Shown here: positions 1-8,076 of the stretch, in pieces
Layout of the letters: every line of letters begins with the position of its first letter
How positions within the stretch are numbered: position 1 is the stretch's first letter
Source of the DNA: an uncultured virus (IMG/VR IMGVR_UViG_3300042516_002158)
Taxonomy: Duplodnaviria; Heunggongvirae; Uroviricota; Caudoviricetes
Length of the DNA: 20,000 nt
IMG/VR virus record: IMGVR_UViG_3300042516_002158
Strand: one strand, 5' to 3'
Notes under the pieces: model-generated
Databases searched by the model: none
Seen by the model: only the letters and a program-made list of their open reading frames with translations
What the model was told of the DNA's origin: nothing
Position numbers and translations under genes: made by a program

Positions 1-114
1 ATTTTGTGCTATAAGTTTAAATACAAACACTTGAGTTTGCACAACTGCATCTACCAATTCTCTACTGATATTTTGGAAAAAATTATAATCTCTCGGTGCT
101 ACAAATCTTGGCAT
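1..114 (-). CDS. 5' part of a probable neck/head-completion protein (T4 gp14-like by position), truncated at the window edge
   Basis: Not in the ORF track. ATG at 114, 5 nt after the previous stop, open to base 1: MPRFVAPRDYNFFQNISRELVDAVVQTQVFVFKLIAQN. AGGA lies 8 nt upstream. Product inferred from position after the gp13-like gene. Confidence 0.55.
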   Translation of the reverse strand, partial: MPRFVAPRDYNFFQNISRELVDAVVQTQVFVFKLIAQN

Positions 115-119
115 CTATC

Positions 120-1385
120 TTATCCTATATAAAATGGTAACGGAATATTTTTCAACATCTTTTGTACTTGCTCAGCTTCTTGTGCTTTATACTCCATTTG
201 TTTAGGTCTACTTAATTCCTCTAAATCCTGTCTTAATTGTTCGTATAATCTATCTTTATCGTTTTGTGCTTCTGCTCTCAACGATGCACCATCTAATGAT
301 ACTTCACCATCAGGTATAGGAATAGTTGCATATTTCTCTCTAATACCACCTAATAATTCTTTTGATAATGCTAATGTATATTTCCATATCCATTGTTTAC
401 CAACTGAATTGATAGAGGTATAAGTCATACTATCATATTTTATATTAGCGTAATCACTAATAATAGAACCATTTACACCACTCTTATTTACAATTGATGA
501 TGCTGTTCTTTCATCCGATAACACATATTCAAACCAAACCAAATCTGGATTATAAGTAGATGTTCCAGGAATTGGGAATATTTCTAATATGTTATTGTTA
601 ATATTAAAACTATATGTACTTCTACGAACCTGGTCATTAAATTCAATTGCAGATATTCTTAATAAATCTTCATAAACTGGCATTAATACGAATTGTGCCG
701 CCGGAGAAAATGAACTAAATCCAAACTCATCTAATAAGTTCAATGTACCTTTTGCCGAAACTGCATAAGGGTCAAAGAATCTGCTAATGGCCGGAACTCC
801 TTCGTAGAAAACTTTTGTGATAATAATATCTTGACCATAGTGTGAACCACTTTCTAATGAACCTGATGGTACGGTTGCTAATTTTGCACCACCATTACTT
901 TCAATATAACTTTGTGATGTTGGACTCAATGCACCCAAATCATACCTTTGAACTCCACCAATCAATCTCAATGAACCTTTATGAACCGTTGCACCTCTAT
1001 TTCCACCTACATTCGCTTCTATACCATATGAGTTAGCTATCGTAATAACTTGGTTTGTATTTGCACCTTCAACATAATTACCTGTATGATTAGTATTTTC
1101 ATTTTGTTGCTGACCTAACATATTGTATAGGTTGTTACGAATATTAAATGCATTTACTTGTGCTGAATACTCTGAAATAGATTCTTCAAAACATGCATAA
1201 ATATTATCAGGTAATAACTCTACATTTTGTACAGGATACCCTAATCTTTTAGCTACCCAATCACCTACTTTATCGGCGTGTTGTCTGAATAAACTTTCAC
1301 TATCATATAAACCAAATGGTGTTGATCCTGTTTCAAAGGATGAACTACCCGGCCAATTAATTGATGTTACTAAATCTGCTGCCAT
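120..1385 (-). CDS. Probable neck / head-tail adaptor protein (T4 gp13-like)
   Basis: 421 aa. N-terminal RLGYPVQNVEL and C-terminal WIWKYTLALSKELLGGIREKY..IP.GEVSLDG..L...A..., ending PLPFYIG, resemble gp13-type neck proteins. Lies downstream of the capsid gene. Confidence 0.7.
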   Translation of the reverse strand: MAADLVTSINWPGSSSFETGSTPFGLYDSESLFRQHADKVGDWVAKRLGYPVQNVELLPDNIYACFEESISEYSAQVNAFNIRNNLYNMLGQQQNENTNHTGNYVEGANTNQVITIANSYGIEANVGGNRGATVHKGSLRLIGGVQRYDLGALSPTSQSYIESNGGAKLATVPSGSLESGSHYGQDIIITKVFYEGVPAISRFFDPYAVSAKGTLNLLDEFGFSSFSPAAQFVLMPVYEDLLRISAIEFNDQVRRSTYSFNINNNILEIFPIPGTSTYNPDLVWFEYVLSDERTASSIVNKSGVNGSIISDYANIKYDSMTYTSINSVGKQWIWKYTLALSKELLGGIREKYATIPIPDGEVSLDGASLRAEAQNDKDRLYEQLRQDLEELSRPKQMEYKAQEAEQVQKMLKNIPLPFYIG

Positions 1386-1398
1386 TATAATCCTTTTG

Positions 1399-1407
1399 TA
1401 TAAATAT
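1399..1407 (-). promoter_or_regulatory. ATATTTATA upstream motif (putative late promoter element)
   Basis: Exact motif copy 13 nt upstream of the ATG at 1385; the motif recurs in most intergenic gaps. Confidence 0.6.
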
Positions 1408-1414
1408 CAATATG

Positions 1415-2467
1415 TTAAGTTATAAAAAACTTTTTGTATTTTTCATCCCTAATTCTTACTTTTAATTCGTTACTAATACTATCTTCTTGTCTATATTTAT
1501 AACTATCTATAAAATAATCTGTATTTACATTAAATATTTTATGTAAGATATTATTTAATTTTTGATTTTGTTCTATTGAATTAACTTCATTTAAAATTCC
1601 CCATTGAACATATAAGTTTCTAAAATATTCAGCATACCATTTGTAATTACCATATGTATTTAAATGGGAATCATAATGAGACATGTAATATTTTTGATTA
1701 TCATGTGTTCTATCTGCTACAAATTCTGTCATTCCACCATATTTTCCACTTTGAATTATGTATTCTTCTTTAATTCCAAATATTGTTTTAAGAATTTGTT
1801 TTACACCAACACAATTATGTTTTATTACATCTACTCTTTCTTTGTATTGAAAATAAGTAAAATAATTTCTATCAATTAATTCAAATCTTTCTTTTAAATT
1901 ATACTCAATTAATTCATTTTCATAAAAAATTGCCCATCCAAAAAACATATTAAAATGTTCAATACCATTATCTTTGTTCCATTGAATGATATTTTCTAAA
2001 TTTGAAATGTGTGATTCTAATACATCTTTATATAAATTTACAGTTGGATTTAAGTTATCTATATAATCCCATTCTGCACCTTCTATGTTTGATACATTCA
2101 ATTCAATTTCATATACCGGATTAGTAGCTCTTGCCAAGCCACTCAATTGTAATGTTCCGTATATATTTTTTGGATTAACCCCTTTTTTCAATAATTCGTT
2201 AACTTTTTGTTTATATCTATGAAATATTACATGATTACCAGCAGAACCTTTTGCTACATTATAAAAAGCAAATTTTACACCACTTTCCCATAATTCATTT
2301 ATTAAAAAATATTGATATTTTAATGAATAATCAGGAAGACACAATTCTTTATAATCAGTTAATTTATCACTTAATCCTAAATAAGTATGTTTACTATCCG
2401 TTGTAATGTATGGCATATGTGAATCCGTAAATGAATCCCCAGCTGTTATAATATATATTTTATCCAT
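1415..2467 (-). CDS. SGNH/GDSL-hydrolase-like protein
   Basis: 350 aa with N-terminal GDSFT (block I Ser), KGSAGN (block II-like) and C-terminal DSH (Asp/His-like). Confidence 0.55.
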   Translation of the reverse strand: MDKIYIITAGDSFTDSHMPYITTDSKHTYLGLSDKLTDYKELCLPDYSLKYQYFLINELWESGVKFAFYNVAKGSAGNHVIFHRYKQKVNELLKKGVNPKNIYGTLQLSGLARATNPVYEIELNVSNIEGAEWDYIDNLNPTVNLYKDVLESHISNLENIIQWNKDNGIEHFNMFFGWAIFYENELIEYNLKERFELIDRNYFTYFQYKERVDVIKHNCVGVKQILKTIFGIKEEYIIQSGKYGGMTEFVADRTHDNQKYYMSHYDSHLNTYGNYKWYAEYFRNLYVQWGILNEVNSIEQNQKLNNILHKIFNVNTDYFIDSYKYRQEDSISNELKVRIRDEKYKKFFIT

Positions 2468-2478
2468 AGTAACTTTTA

Positions 2479-2487
2479 GATAAATAT
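2479..2487 (-). promoter_or_regulatory. ATATTTATC variant of the upstream motif
   Basis: One-mismatch copy 11 nt upstream of the ATG at 2467, just after a terminator. Confidence 0.5.
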
Positions 2488-2494
2488 GTAATAT

Positions 2495-2524
2495 AAAAAA
2501 AGAGTAGATAAAACTACTCTTTTT
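2495..2524 (-). terminator. Rho-independent terminator
   Basis: Minus strand AAAAAGAGTAG-TTTTAT-CTACTCTTTTTTT directly after the stop at 2528. A/T runs on both sides, so it may be bidirectional. Confidence 0.75.
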
Positions 2525-2527
2525 AAT

Positions 2528-3424
2528 TTATATAAGATGATTTTGTGTTCGTTGTATAAAGTAAATGACATTTGCAATATCAACCGTTGCACCATTTGCT
2601 TTAATTTTCCATTGATTACCATTTGCTACAAAATCCGTATCTGCATAAAATTGAAATACTTCGTGATAATCGTGCCATTCATCATTTCCTTTTCCAAAAA
2701 ATAAATCCTTACCAACTCTACGATATGGGGTCAATCCGGTACTATCTAATTGAATTCTCATCCAACCCGCGTTTGCATTAGCAGTCTTTGCTTTAAATGT
2801 AACAGTCATAACATATACATCACCTTCTTTTTCCGGATAAATTCTTTGTGAACCCGTATTGTAAAATTGAATATCGGAATGTAAATGAGTTGTTACCGAA
2901 TATCCTCCATTATTTGGAATAGTTACTTCACCACCTGCAACGGTGACACTTCTAAAAGATGATGTTGTATATTGCGTATCATCGTATCTTGCCCAACTTA
3001 ATTGTCCTAATACAACGGGATGAGTATTTACATGTAATGAACCGGTTATTTGAACTGAACCTGTAAATGTATGTGTATCATCCAATGAATCACCAAATTT
3101 AGTAGAACCACTTTGATATAAAATTGATGATGAAATTATATTGTTAACATAAATATCACCATTAATATTAAGATTTCCATCTACACTTAATCCATTATAA
3201 AATTCGGAATATTCTGATGCAAATACTCCACCCATTACTATTTGATTGCCATTAAATATGTTGGCACCATCGGTAGCTAATCCACCACTATCAATTGTAT
3301 CTATTAATGTATTGATATGGGTATATCCTAATGCGTAATTATCTGCATCTGTTACTATTATTTTTGTATTTGTAGAAGCGGTTATAAATGGTAAATCCGG
3401 AAATACTCTTTTTACTCTTGACAT
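2528..3424 (-). CDS. Putative virion structural protein (fibre/decoration-like)
   Basis: 298 aa. G/N/S/T-rich beta-repeat-like middle (LSVDGNLNINGDIYV, SGSTKFGDSLDDTHTFTGSVQITGSL) and an aromatic-rich C-terminal domain. Directly follows the capsid gene. Confidence 0.5.
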   Translation of the reverse strand: MSRVKRVFPDLPFITASTNTKIIVTDADNYALGYTHINTLIDTIDSGGLATDGANIFNGNQIVMGGVFASEYSEFYNGLSVDGNLNINGDIYVNNIISSSILYQSGSTKFGDSLDDTHTFTGSVQITGSLHVNTHPVVLGQLSWARYDDTQYTTSSFRSVTVAGGEVTIPNNGGYSVTTHLHSDIQFYNTGSQRIYPEKEGDVYVMTVTFKAKTANANAGWMRIQLDSTGLTPYRRVGKDLFFGKGNDEWHDYHEVFQFYADTDFVANGNQWKIKANGATVDIANVIYFIQRTQNHLI

Positions 3425-3440
3425 TTTAAATTCTATTTAA

Positions 3441-3449
3441 TATAAATAT
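3441..3449 (-). promoter_or_regulatory. ATATTTATA upstream motif
   Basis: Exact copy 16 nt upstream of the ATG at 3424, just after the capsid terminator. Confidence 0.6.
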
Positions 3450-3464
3450 AAAAGTTTTAGACAT

Positions 3465-3491
3465 AAAAAAGGAGGTATTTCTACCCCCTTT
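3465..3491 (-). terminator. Rho-independent terminator after the major capsid gene
   Basis: Minus strand GGGGGTA-GAAA-TACCTCC (one G-U pair, GNRA loop) followed by TTTTTT, about 30 nt after the stop. Confidence 0.8.
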
Positions 3492-3518
3492 CTTATTTAT
3501 TTTCCACTCTTACAGAGA

Positions 3519-5171
3519 TTACAATAAGTTTAAGTCACCGATTACAATCTTACCGAAGAATTCAGGTCTTACTAACTTCTTAGCGTAACGAGTCATAACA
3601 CCTCTTCTTGGAGTGAAGTTATCTGGATCGTATACTAAAGGAGTTAAAATCAATGGTACATATGGAGCGTAAACAGCACCAGTCTCTAAGAAGTTGTTAC
3701 CTTTGTAACCTAACAACATTACGTTCTCAGTCATGTAAGGGTTCTTGTAAACTGTGTATCTATTTGCGATTGAACCAACTTGAGTTACACCTGCTGCGAA
3801 TGATTTAGCATCTTTATCAGCTGATACTGTGAACGCTGGGATTGATTCTAAAATAGTACATACGTCAGGAGAAGCAACGATAAAGTTAGCACCACCTCTC
3901 ATAGTTAATTGATGAATTTTGTTTGAAACTTTGTTCAACTTAGTACCTAAAGTTTGGAACCAAGTGTTTCTTGTGTATGCAGAAGCTGCAGCTACATCAG
4001 AATCGATTTCAAAGTTTGAACCATTCCACTCATTACCAACCTTTAAAGACCAGTATTCAGTAGTTAATGCGTTAGCTTTTAACATATCTAAGATTTCTAA
4101 GTCGATTTCTAAAGAAATGTACTCAGATAACATAGAAGTTAATTCAGCTTCAGCATCAATTGAATGGTAAGCGTTCAAGTCTTGTGCCAACTCTGGAGTC
4201 CACACAGCTTTTAACTTACGAGTTTTAGCAACGATTGCTTCACTCTTCAATTCTAAATCGATTTGAGGAATAGCTAAATCTGTACCACCTGCAGTATCAC
4301 CACCTGTGATTGGATCTCTATCTTCGAAATCACCTCTAGAAATAGAAGTTGGTTGCTTAGAATAAACTACACCAATTGTAGATGCTGTTGAACCAGAAGA
4401 AATTGCGTTACCAGCTACGATGAATGATACAGTACCGTTTGAAGAGTATGTAGTCAATGCAGGATAGTAGTTACTGAATGTTGAAACTGTACCGTTTGTA
4501 GTTGAACCAGATACATAGAAACTTCTAACTGCGTTTACATCAGCTGATAATGCAGCTACTGAAGCAGAAGTTAAAGTCAATTTGTAAATAGTACCAGCTG
4601 CAACAGATGCAGATAAATCACCATCAAAGTTTACATCAGCTAAAGAAGTTACTTTTGCAGTAGTTACTGAAGCTAAGATTGCATCTTGTTGGTTAACTGA
4701 ATATCCGAATCTACCAGCACCGTATAAACCACCTTCTGCAGCATCAGTTGAACCTAATTTTCCGTTACCAGTACCACCGTAAAGTGATTTAGTATTGAAA
4801 GATGGGTTACCTGCTTGTGCAGAACCGTATTTGAAATCCATGTAGAAAATCAAACCTGAAGGTAAGTTCATTGGTTGTACAGAAACGAATTCTTTTGCAG
4901 CGATTTCACCGAAGATTCTTCTTACTAATGGTAAAGCTACACCAGACCATTCTTCAGAACCTGCTGAAGTACCAGTTTGAGTTGCCTCGTCAAGCAATTG
5001 CTTAGCTTGGTTTTCCAACAATACAGCCATAGCGTGTTGTTGAGGTTTTTCACCTATTCCTTCTAAAAGACCAGTTTTTTCCCATTTGTTTTTTAAACCT
5101 CTAGTTTGCTCAAGCATAACTGAAGTTGGGTTCTTGCCTTCCATAAGTTTTGTTAAATCAAAATTTGCCAT
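3519..5171 (-). CDS. gp23: Major capsid protein (T4 gp23-like)
   Basis: 550 aa with hallmark segments LLENQ, LPLVRR, VSVQPMNLPSGLIFY, AKTRKLKAVWTPELAQDLNAYHSIDAEAEL, YAPYVPL and FTPRRGVMTRYA. Confidence 0.97.
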   Translation of the reverse strand: MANFDLTKLMEGKNPTSVMLEQTRGLKNKWEKTGLLEGIGEKPQQHAMAVLLENQAKQLLDEATQTGTSAGSEEWSGVALPLVRRIFGEIAAKEFVSVQPMNLPSGLIFYMDFKYGSAQAGNPSFNTKSLYGGTGNGKLGSTDAAEGGLYGAGRFGYSVNQQDAILASVTTAKVTSLADVNFDGDLSASVAAGTIYKLTLTSASVAALSADVNAVRSFYVSGSTTNGTVSTFSNYYPALTTYSSNGTVSFIVAGNAISSGSTASTIGVVYSKQPTSISRGDFEDRDPITGGDTAGGTDLAIPQIDLELKSEAIVAKTRKLKAVWTPELAQDLNAYHSIDAEAELTSMLSEYISLEIDLEILDMLKANALTTEYWSLKVGNEWNGSNFEIDSDVAAASAYTRNTWFQTLGTKLNKVSNKIHQLTMRGGANFIVASPDVCTILESIPAFTVSADKDAKSFAAGVTQVGSIANRYTVYKNPYMTENVMLLGYKGNNFLETGAVYAPYVPLILTPLVYDPDNFTPRRGVMTRYAKKLVRPEFFGKIVIGDLNLL

Positions 5172-5201
5172 TTTGTTTTTTCCTTATTTGTTTTTTGTTA
5201 A

Positions 5202-6443
5202 TTATTTTAAAATACCAGCCAACTCTTTAAATCTATTAGCGTAAGATGTACCTTCACTAATTACTGATTGTGCAGTTGGTTTTGTTGATTTTTGAACTCT
5301 ACTAGCACCTTCTGCGATTTGCTTTACAGCTTTTTTCGTAGATGCGTTAGAAAATTTCATACTTTCAGCTAATGTTGAGTAAACTAATTTTACTTCTCTA
5401 ACGTTTGTAGTTCTGTCTAAAGAGTCAATTACTTTAGATTTTTGCTCGTTAGTTAAGTTATAGCTTCTAAACAATTTATTAGAGAACAACAATTTAGCAT
5501 TCAATAAGTTTACTTCATTGATTGTAGATTTCAAAGATTTGATTACTGAAATAGCTTCTGCTAATTCTGCTTTCAATACTTTAGTTTCTTCTACTTTCTC
5601 TTTTTCTTCTTCTTCAGCCTTTTCTTCTTCTTCTAATTCTTTGATGATTTCTTCGATGTTCATTTCTTCTTCATCGTTTTCTTCACCTTCTTTTGCGTAA
5701 ACCGCATTTGGGTTATCAGCATCCATTGCAGTATCTACATCGTCAGCTTCTTCACCCATTTGATCAAACTCATCAGAATCGATATTATCTTCATCAGACT
5801 CTTCTTCCATTTCATTATCGCCATAGTGCAATTCTTGCTCTAATTCTCTAATGATAGATTCTAAATCCAAATCATCTTCTGATTGGTCATCACCTTGCAT
5901 TTCGTCTTCGTTTCCGTCCATTTCATTATTCATTGCTGATTGCTCATCACCTGAATTTTCTTGATCGAATTCGTCACCTTCAGTTGCAAATTTAACGTCA
6001 CCTGATGCTAAATCTTCTTCTTCACCATCAGCTTCAGTAATAGATTTTGTAAATTCATACTCTTCTACTTCTGCTTCTGGTTTTTTAGATGTTGATGTTA
6101 CACCAGCTGCACCCAACTTATCTTCTGCACCTGCATCATGATAAGATGGTTTTTTGTTGTTCTGACCTGATGTTGTACCACCATCGCCAGCACCGATATT
6201 AGATGAAGAATATTCTTCTTCAACTTTCTCTTCTTCTTTCTCTTCGTCATCACCGTATGCTTCTTTCATTTCATCTTCATCAGATTCCATGTCTTCAGCT
6301 TCAGCTCTTAACTTTTGAGAAAGCATTGATTTCAATCTTGGAGTAAATGCCTCTTCCAATTGAATCTTAGCGTTTGCTAATGCAGTTTCACGAACGGCCT
6401 TAGCATCAGCGATTGCTTCTTTCAATAATTTTGAACTTGCCAT
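5202..6443 (-). CDS. Prohead core scaffolding protein (gp22 analogue)
   Basis: 413 aa, extremely acidic centre, coiled-coil-like N- and C-terminal parts, ends RFKELAGILK; immediately upstream of the capsid gene. Confidence 0.8.
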   Translation of the reverse strand: MASSKLLKEAIADAKAVRETALANAKIQLEEAFTPRLKSMLSQKLRAEAEDMESDEDEMKEAYGDDEEKEEEKVEEEYSSSNIGAGDGGTTSGQNNKKPSYHDAGAEDKLGAAGVTSTSKKPEAEVEEYEFTKSITEADGEEEDLASGDVKFATEGDEFDQENSGDEQSAMNNEMDGNEDEMQGDDQSEDDLDLESIIRELEQELHYGDNEMEEESDEDNIDSDEFDQMGEEADDVDTAMDADNPNAVYAKEGEENDEEEMNIEEIIKELEEEEKAEEEEKEKVEETKVLKAELAEAISVIKSLKSTINEVNLLNAKLLFSNKLFRSYNLTNEQKSKVIDSLDRTTNVREVKLVYSTLAESMKFSNASTKKAVKQIAEGASRVQKSTKPTAQSVISEGTSYANRFKELAGILK

Positions 6444-6465
6444 TTCTTTATGTCCTTTTGATTTG

Positions 6466-6585
6466 TTAAGCCATTATAGGATTAGGCGGCTTAAATAGAA
6501 TTTTGATATTCTTTCGGAACTCTATATAAAGATAGAGTATTCATCGAGTATCGTAAAAATAAAATTTCCTAATAATAGAGGAAAT
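6466..6585 (-). promoter_or_regulatory. Structured intergenic leader with three 7-bp hairpins
   Basis: Inverted repeats at 6564-6570/6579-6585 (ATTTCCT/AGGAAAT, followed by a T-rich run on the minus strand), 6519-6525/6532-6538 (ACTCTAT/ATAGAGT) and 6466-6472/6488-6494 (TTAAGCC/GGCTTAA). Confidence 0.5.
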
Positions 6586-6620
6586 ATATAATATACATAT
6601 ATACTTTTTATACTAAACGA

Positions 6621-6860
6621 TTAAAGTCCTATATATTTTTTAGGAATTTGTTTAATATTTTTGAATTCTAAGTTGTTTTTTGCAGTTCTTAATTGCTTTC
6701 TAACTGCTTTTTCGTTTTGAACTCTCTTTTTTGCAGATGGTTTTGTGAAGTATTTTCTGTCTCTTAGTTCTTCAACTGCACCACTATCTTGCCATTTCTT
6801 TTTTAAAACCTTTAACGCTTTTTGTAAATTGTCATTGTTGACATTGTCGATAATAATCAT
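6621..6860 (-). CDS. rpsU: Phage-encoded 30S ribosomal protein bS21
   Basis: 79 aa, basic; NLQKALKVLKKK..SG...ELRDRKYFTKPSAKKR is the bS21 signature. The MIII start resembles Bacteroidota bS21. Confidence 0.9.
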   Translation of the reverse strand: MIIIDNVNNDNLQKALKVLKKKWQDSGAVEELRDRKYFTKPSAKKRVQNEKAVRKQLRTAKNNLEFKNIKQIPKKYIGL

Positions 6861-6883
6861 TCTTTATTTTTATTTGTAACTTA

Positions 6884-7108
6884 TTATGATAAGAAATATA
6901 ATGAACCAGCACTAACTAATGCACTATTTGGGTAACAAGGAAAAGGTTGTCCAACTGGTAAATCTGCAATAGATACTGAACCACTTGTTAGATATAATGT
7001 ACCAGCTCCACTTGTTCCTCTCATTACTCCCCAACTTTTATCAGGTGCTGCAACAATTGTTGAACCTGATGTTGCTGTAAATACTTTGTTTGTTCTATAA
7101 TTTGTCAT
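6884..7108 (-). CDS. Small hypothetical protein, possibly virion-associated
   Basis: 74 aa, S/T/G-rich, fills the gap between neighbouring genes on the coding strand. Confidence 0.6.
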   Translation of the reverse strand: MTNYRTNKVFTATSGSTIVAAPDKSWGVMRGTSGAGTLYLTSGSVSIADLPVGQPFPCYPNSALVSAGSLYFLS

Positions 7109-7125
7109 TTCTATATTCTTTTTTA

Positions 7126-7761
7126 TTAGTGTTTATGATGTCCACCACAACCACAGTCATGTACTTTATTACATCCACAATCTGATTTATTTTCTTTAAC
7201 TATTGCTTCATTTTTAGGAACACAATTTGGAACTTCTCTACCGTTTTTCATTTTCATTCCAACTTGTTGATATCCTTTCCAACACGGTCCTTCTGCTTCA
7301 GGCATTAAATTTCTCATTTTTAATGATTGTTCTACCTTTGGTTTTCTATGTCCTAATCTATGCATTGCAGTTTCTTCATCAATATCTGCTATTTCAAAAT
7401 ACTTACCCAATACATATCCCATATCTTCATACATAGAAGCTAATCTTTGTTGAAGTTGTTTTGCTTCGTTTGCAGTTTTTTCAAATTGACCAGATAATTT
7501 GTTCAATTCATTCATATTTCTTTTAACCGTTGCAGGATCAAAATTGTTTCCACTTTCTTTCATTGCAAAAGTATGAGCTGCATCTACAATAGCACCTAAT
7601 GTTTCAGCTATTTTAGCTAAATCTTGTTCTGCTGCTAATTTAGGCCCAAATGCTTTATATGTTGAAATCACTTCTAAGAAATGTCTTCTTGCTTCGTTGT
7701 GCATTGGAGATGGTGCTTTCTTATCTTCACCTTCACCCATTAATTTTTTTAACTTTATCAT
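7126..7761 (-). CDS. Hypothetical head-module protein with a CWKGY..VPNCV motif and Cys/His-rich tail
   Basis: 211 aa; starts MIKLKKLMGE, helical core, then GPCWKGYQQVGMKMKNGREVPNCVP and CGCNKVHDCGCGGHHKH. Confidence 0.75.
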   Translation of the reverse strand: MIKLKKLMGEGEDKKAPSPMHNEARRHFLEVISTYKAFGPKLAAEQDLAKIAETLGAIVDAAHTFAMKESGNNFDPATVKRNMNELNKLSGQFEKTANEAKQLQQRLASMYEDMGYVLGKYFEIADIDEETAMHRLGHRKPKVEQSLKMRNLMPEAEGPCWKGYQQVGMKMKNGREVPNCVPKNEAIVKENKSDCGCNKVHDCGCGGHHKH

Positions 7762-7766
7762 ACTAT

Positions 7767-7775
7767 TATAAATAT
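7767..7775 (-). promoter_or_regulatory. ATATTTATA upstream motif
   Basis: Exact copy in a 15-nt intergenic gap, 5 nt upstream of the ATG at 7761. Confidence 0.55.
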
Positions 7776-7776
7776 A

Positions 7777-8076
7777 TTAAAATGAACTATTGATTAACTT
7801 ATAGTCCTTTTCGGATAATTCTTTCTTTGCTTTTTTTAATAACTTATCAACTAAACCATCTCTTTCCTTTTGATCTGCGGTTGTTAATGAACCTCTTTTA
7901 TCGTGGTCTTTTTTGATTTGTTGTAATTTTCTTACTGCATCTTTATCATCCATATAGATTGCCAATTCAACTGCCGCTGCACTATGTTCATTTCTATCGG
8001 TCATTTTACTAACCTTTTTGTTGAATGCTTCTGCTGGATTATATGCTTCACCCAATAAATCTTTTAACTTTATCAT
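7777..8076 (-). CDS. Hypothetical small charged protein (candidate internal head protein)
   Basis: 99 aa; starts MIKLKDLLGEA; start overlaps the protease stop (TAATG). Confidence 0.75.
   Translation of the reverse strand: MIKLKDLLGEAYNPAEAFNKKVSKMTDRNEHSAAAVELAIYMDDKDAVRKLQQIKKDHDKRGSLTTADQKERDGLVDKLLKKAKKELSEKDYKLINSSF

Noticed and set aside
5580..6300. TCT/TCA-rich quasi-repeats
   Set aside because: They reflect Glu/Asp codons of the acidic scaffold, not a DNA repeat array or CRISPR.
6444..6620. tRNA or CRISPR array in the long intergenic gap
   Set aside because: No cloverleaf with T-loop consensus and no direct repeats with spacers; only hairpins.
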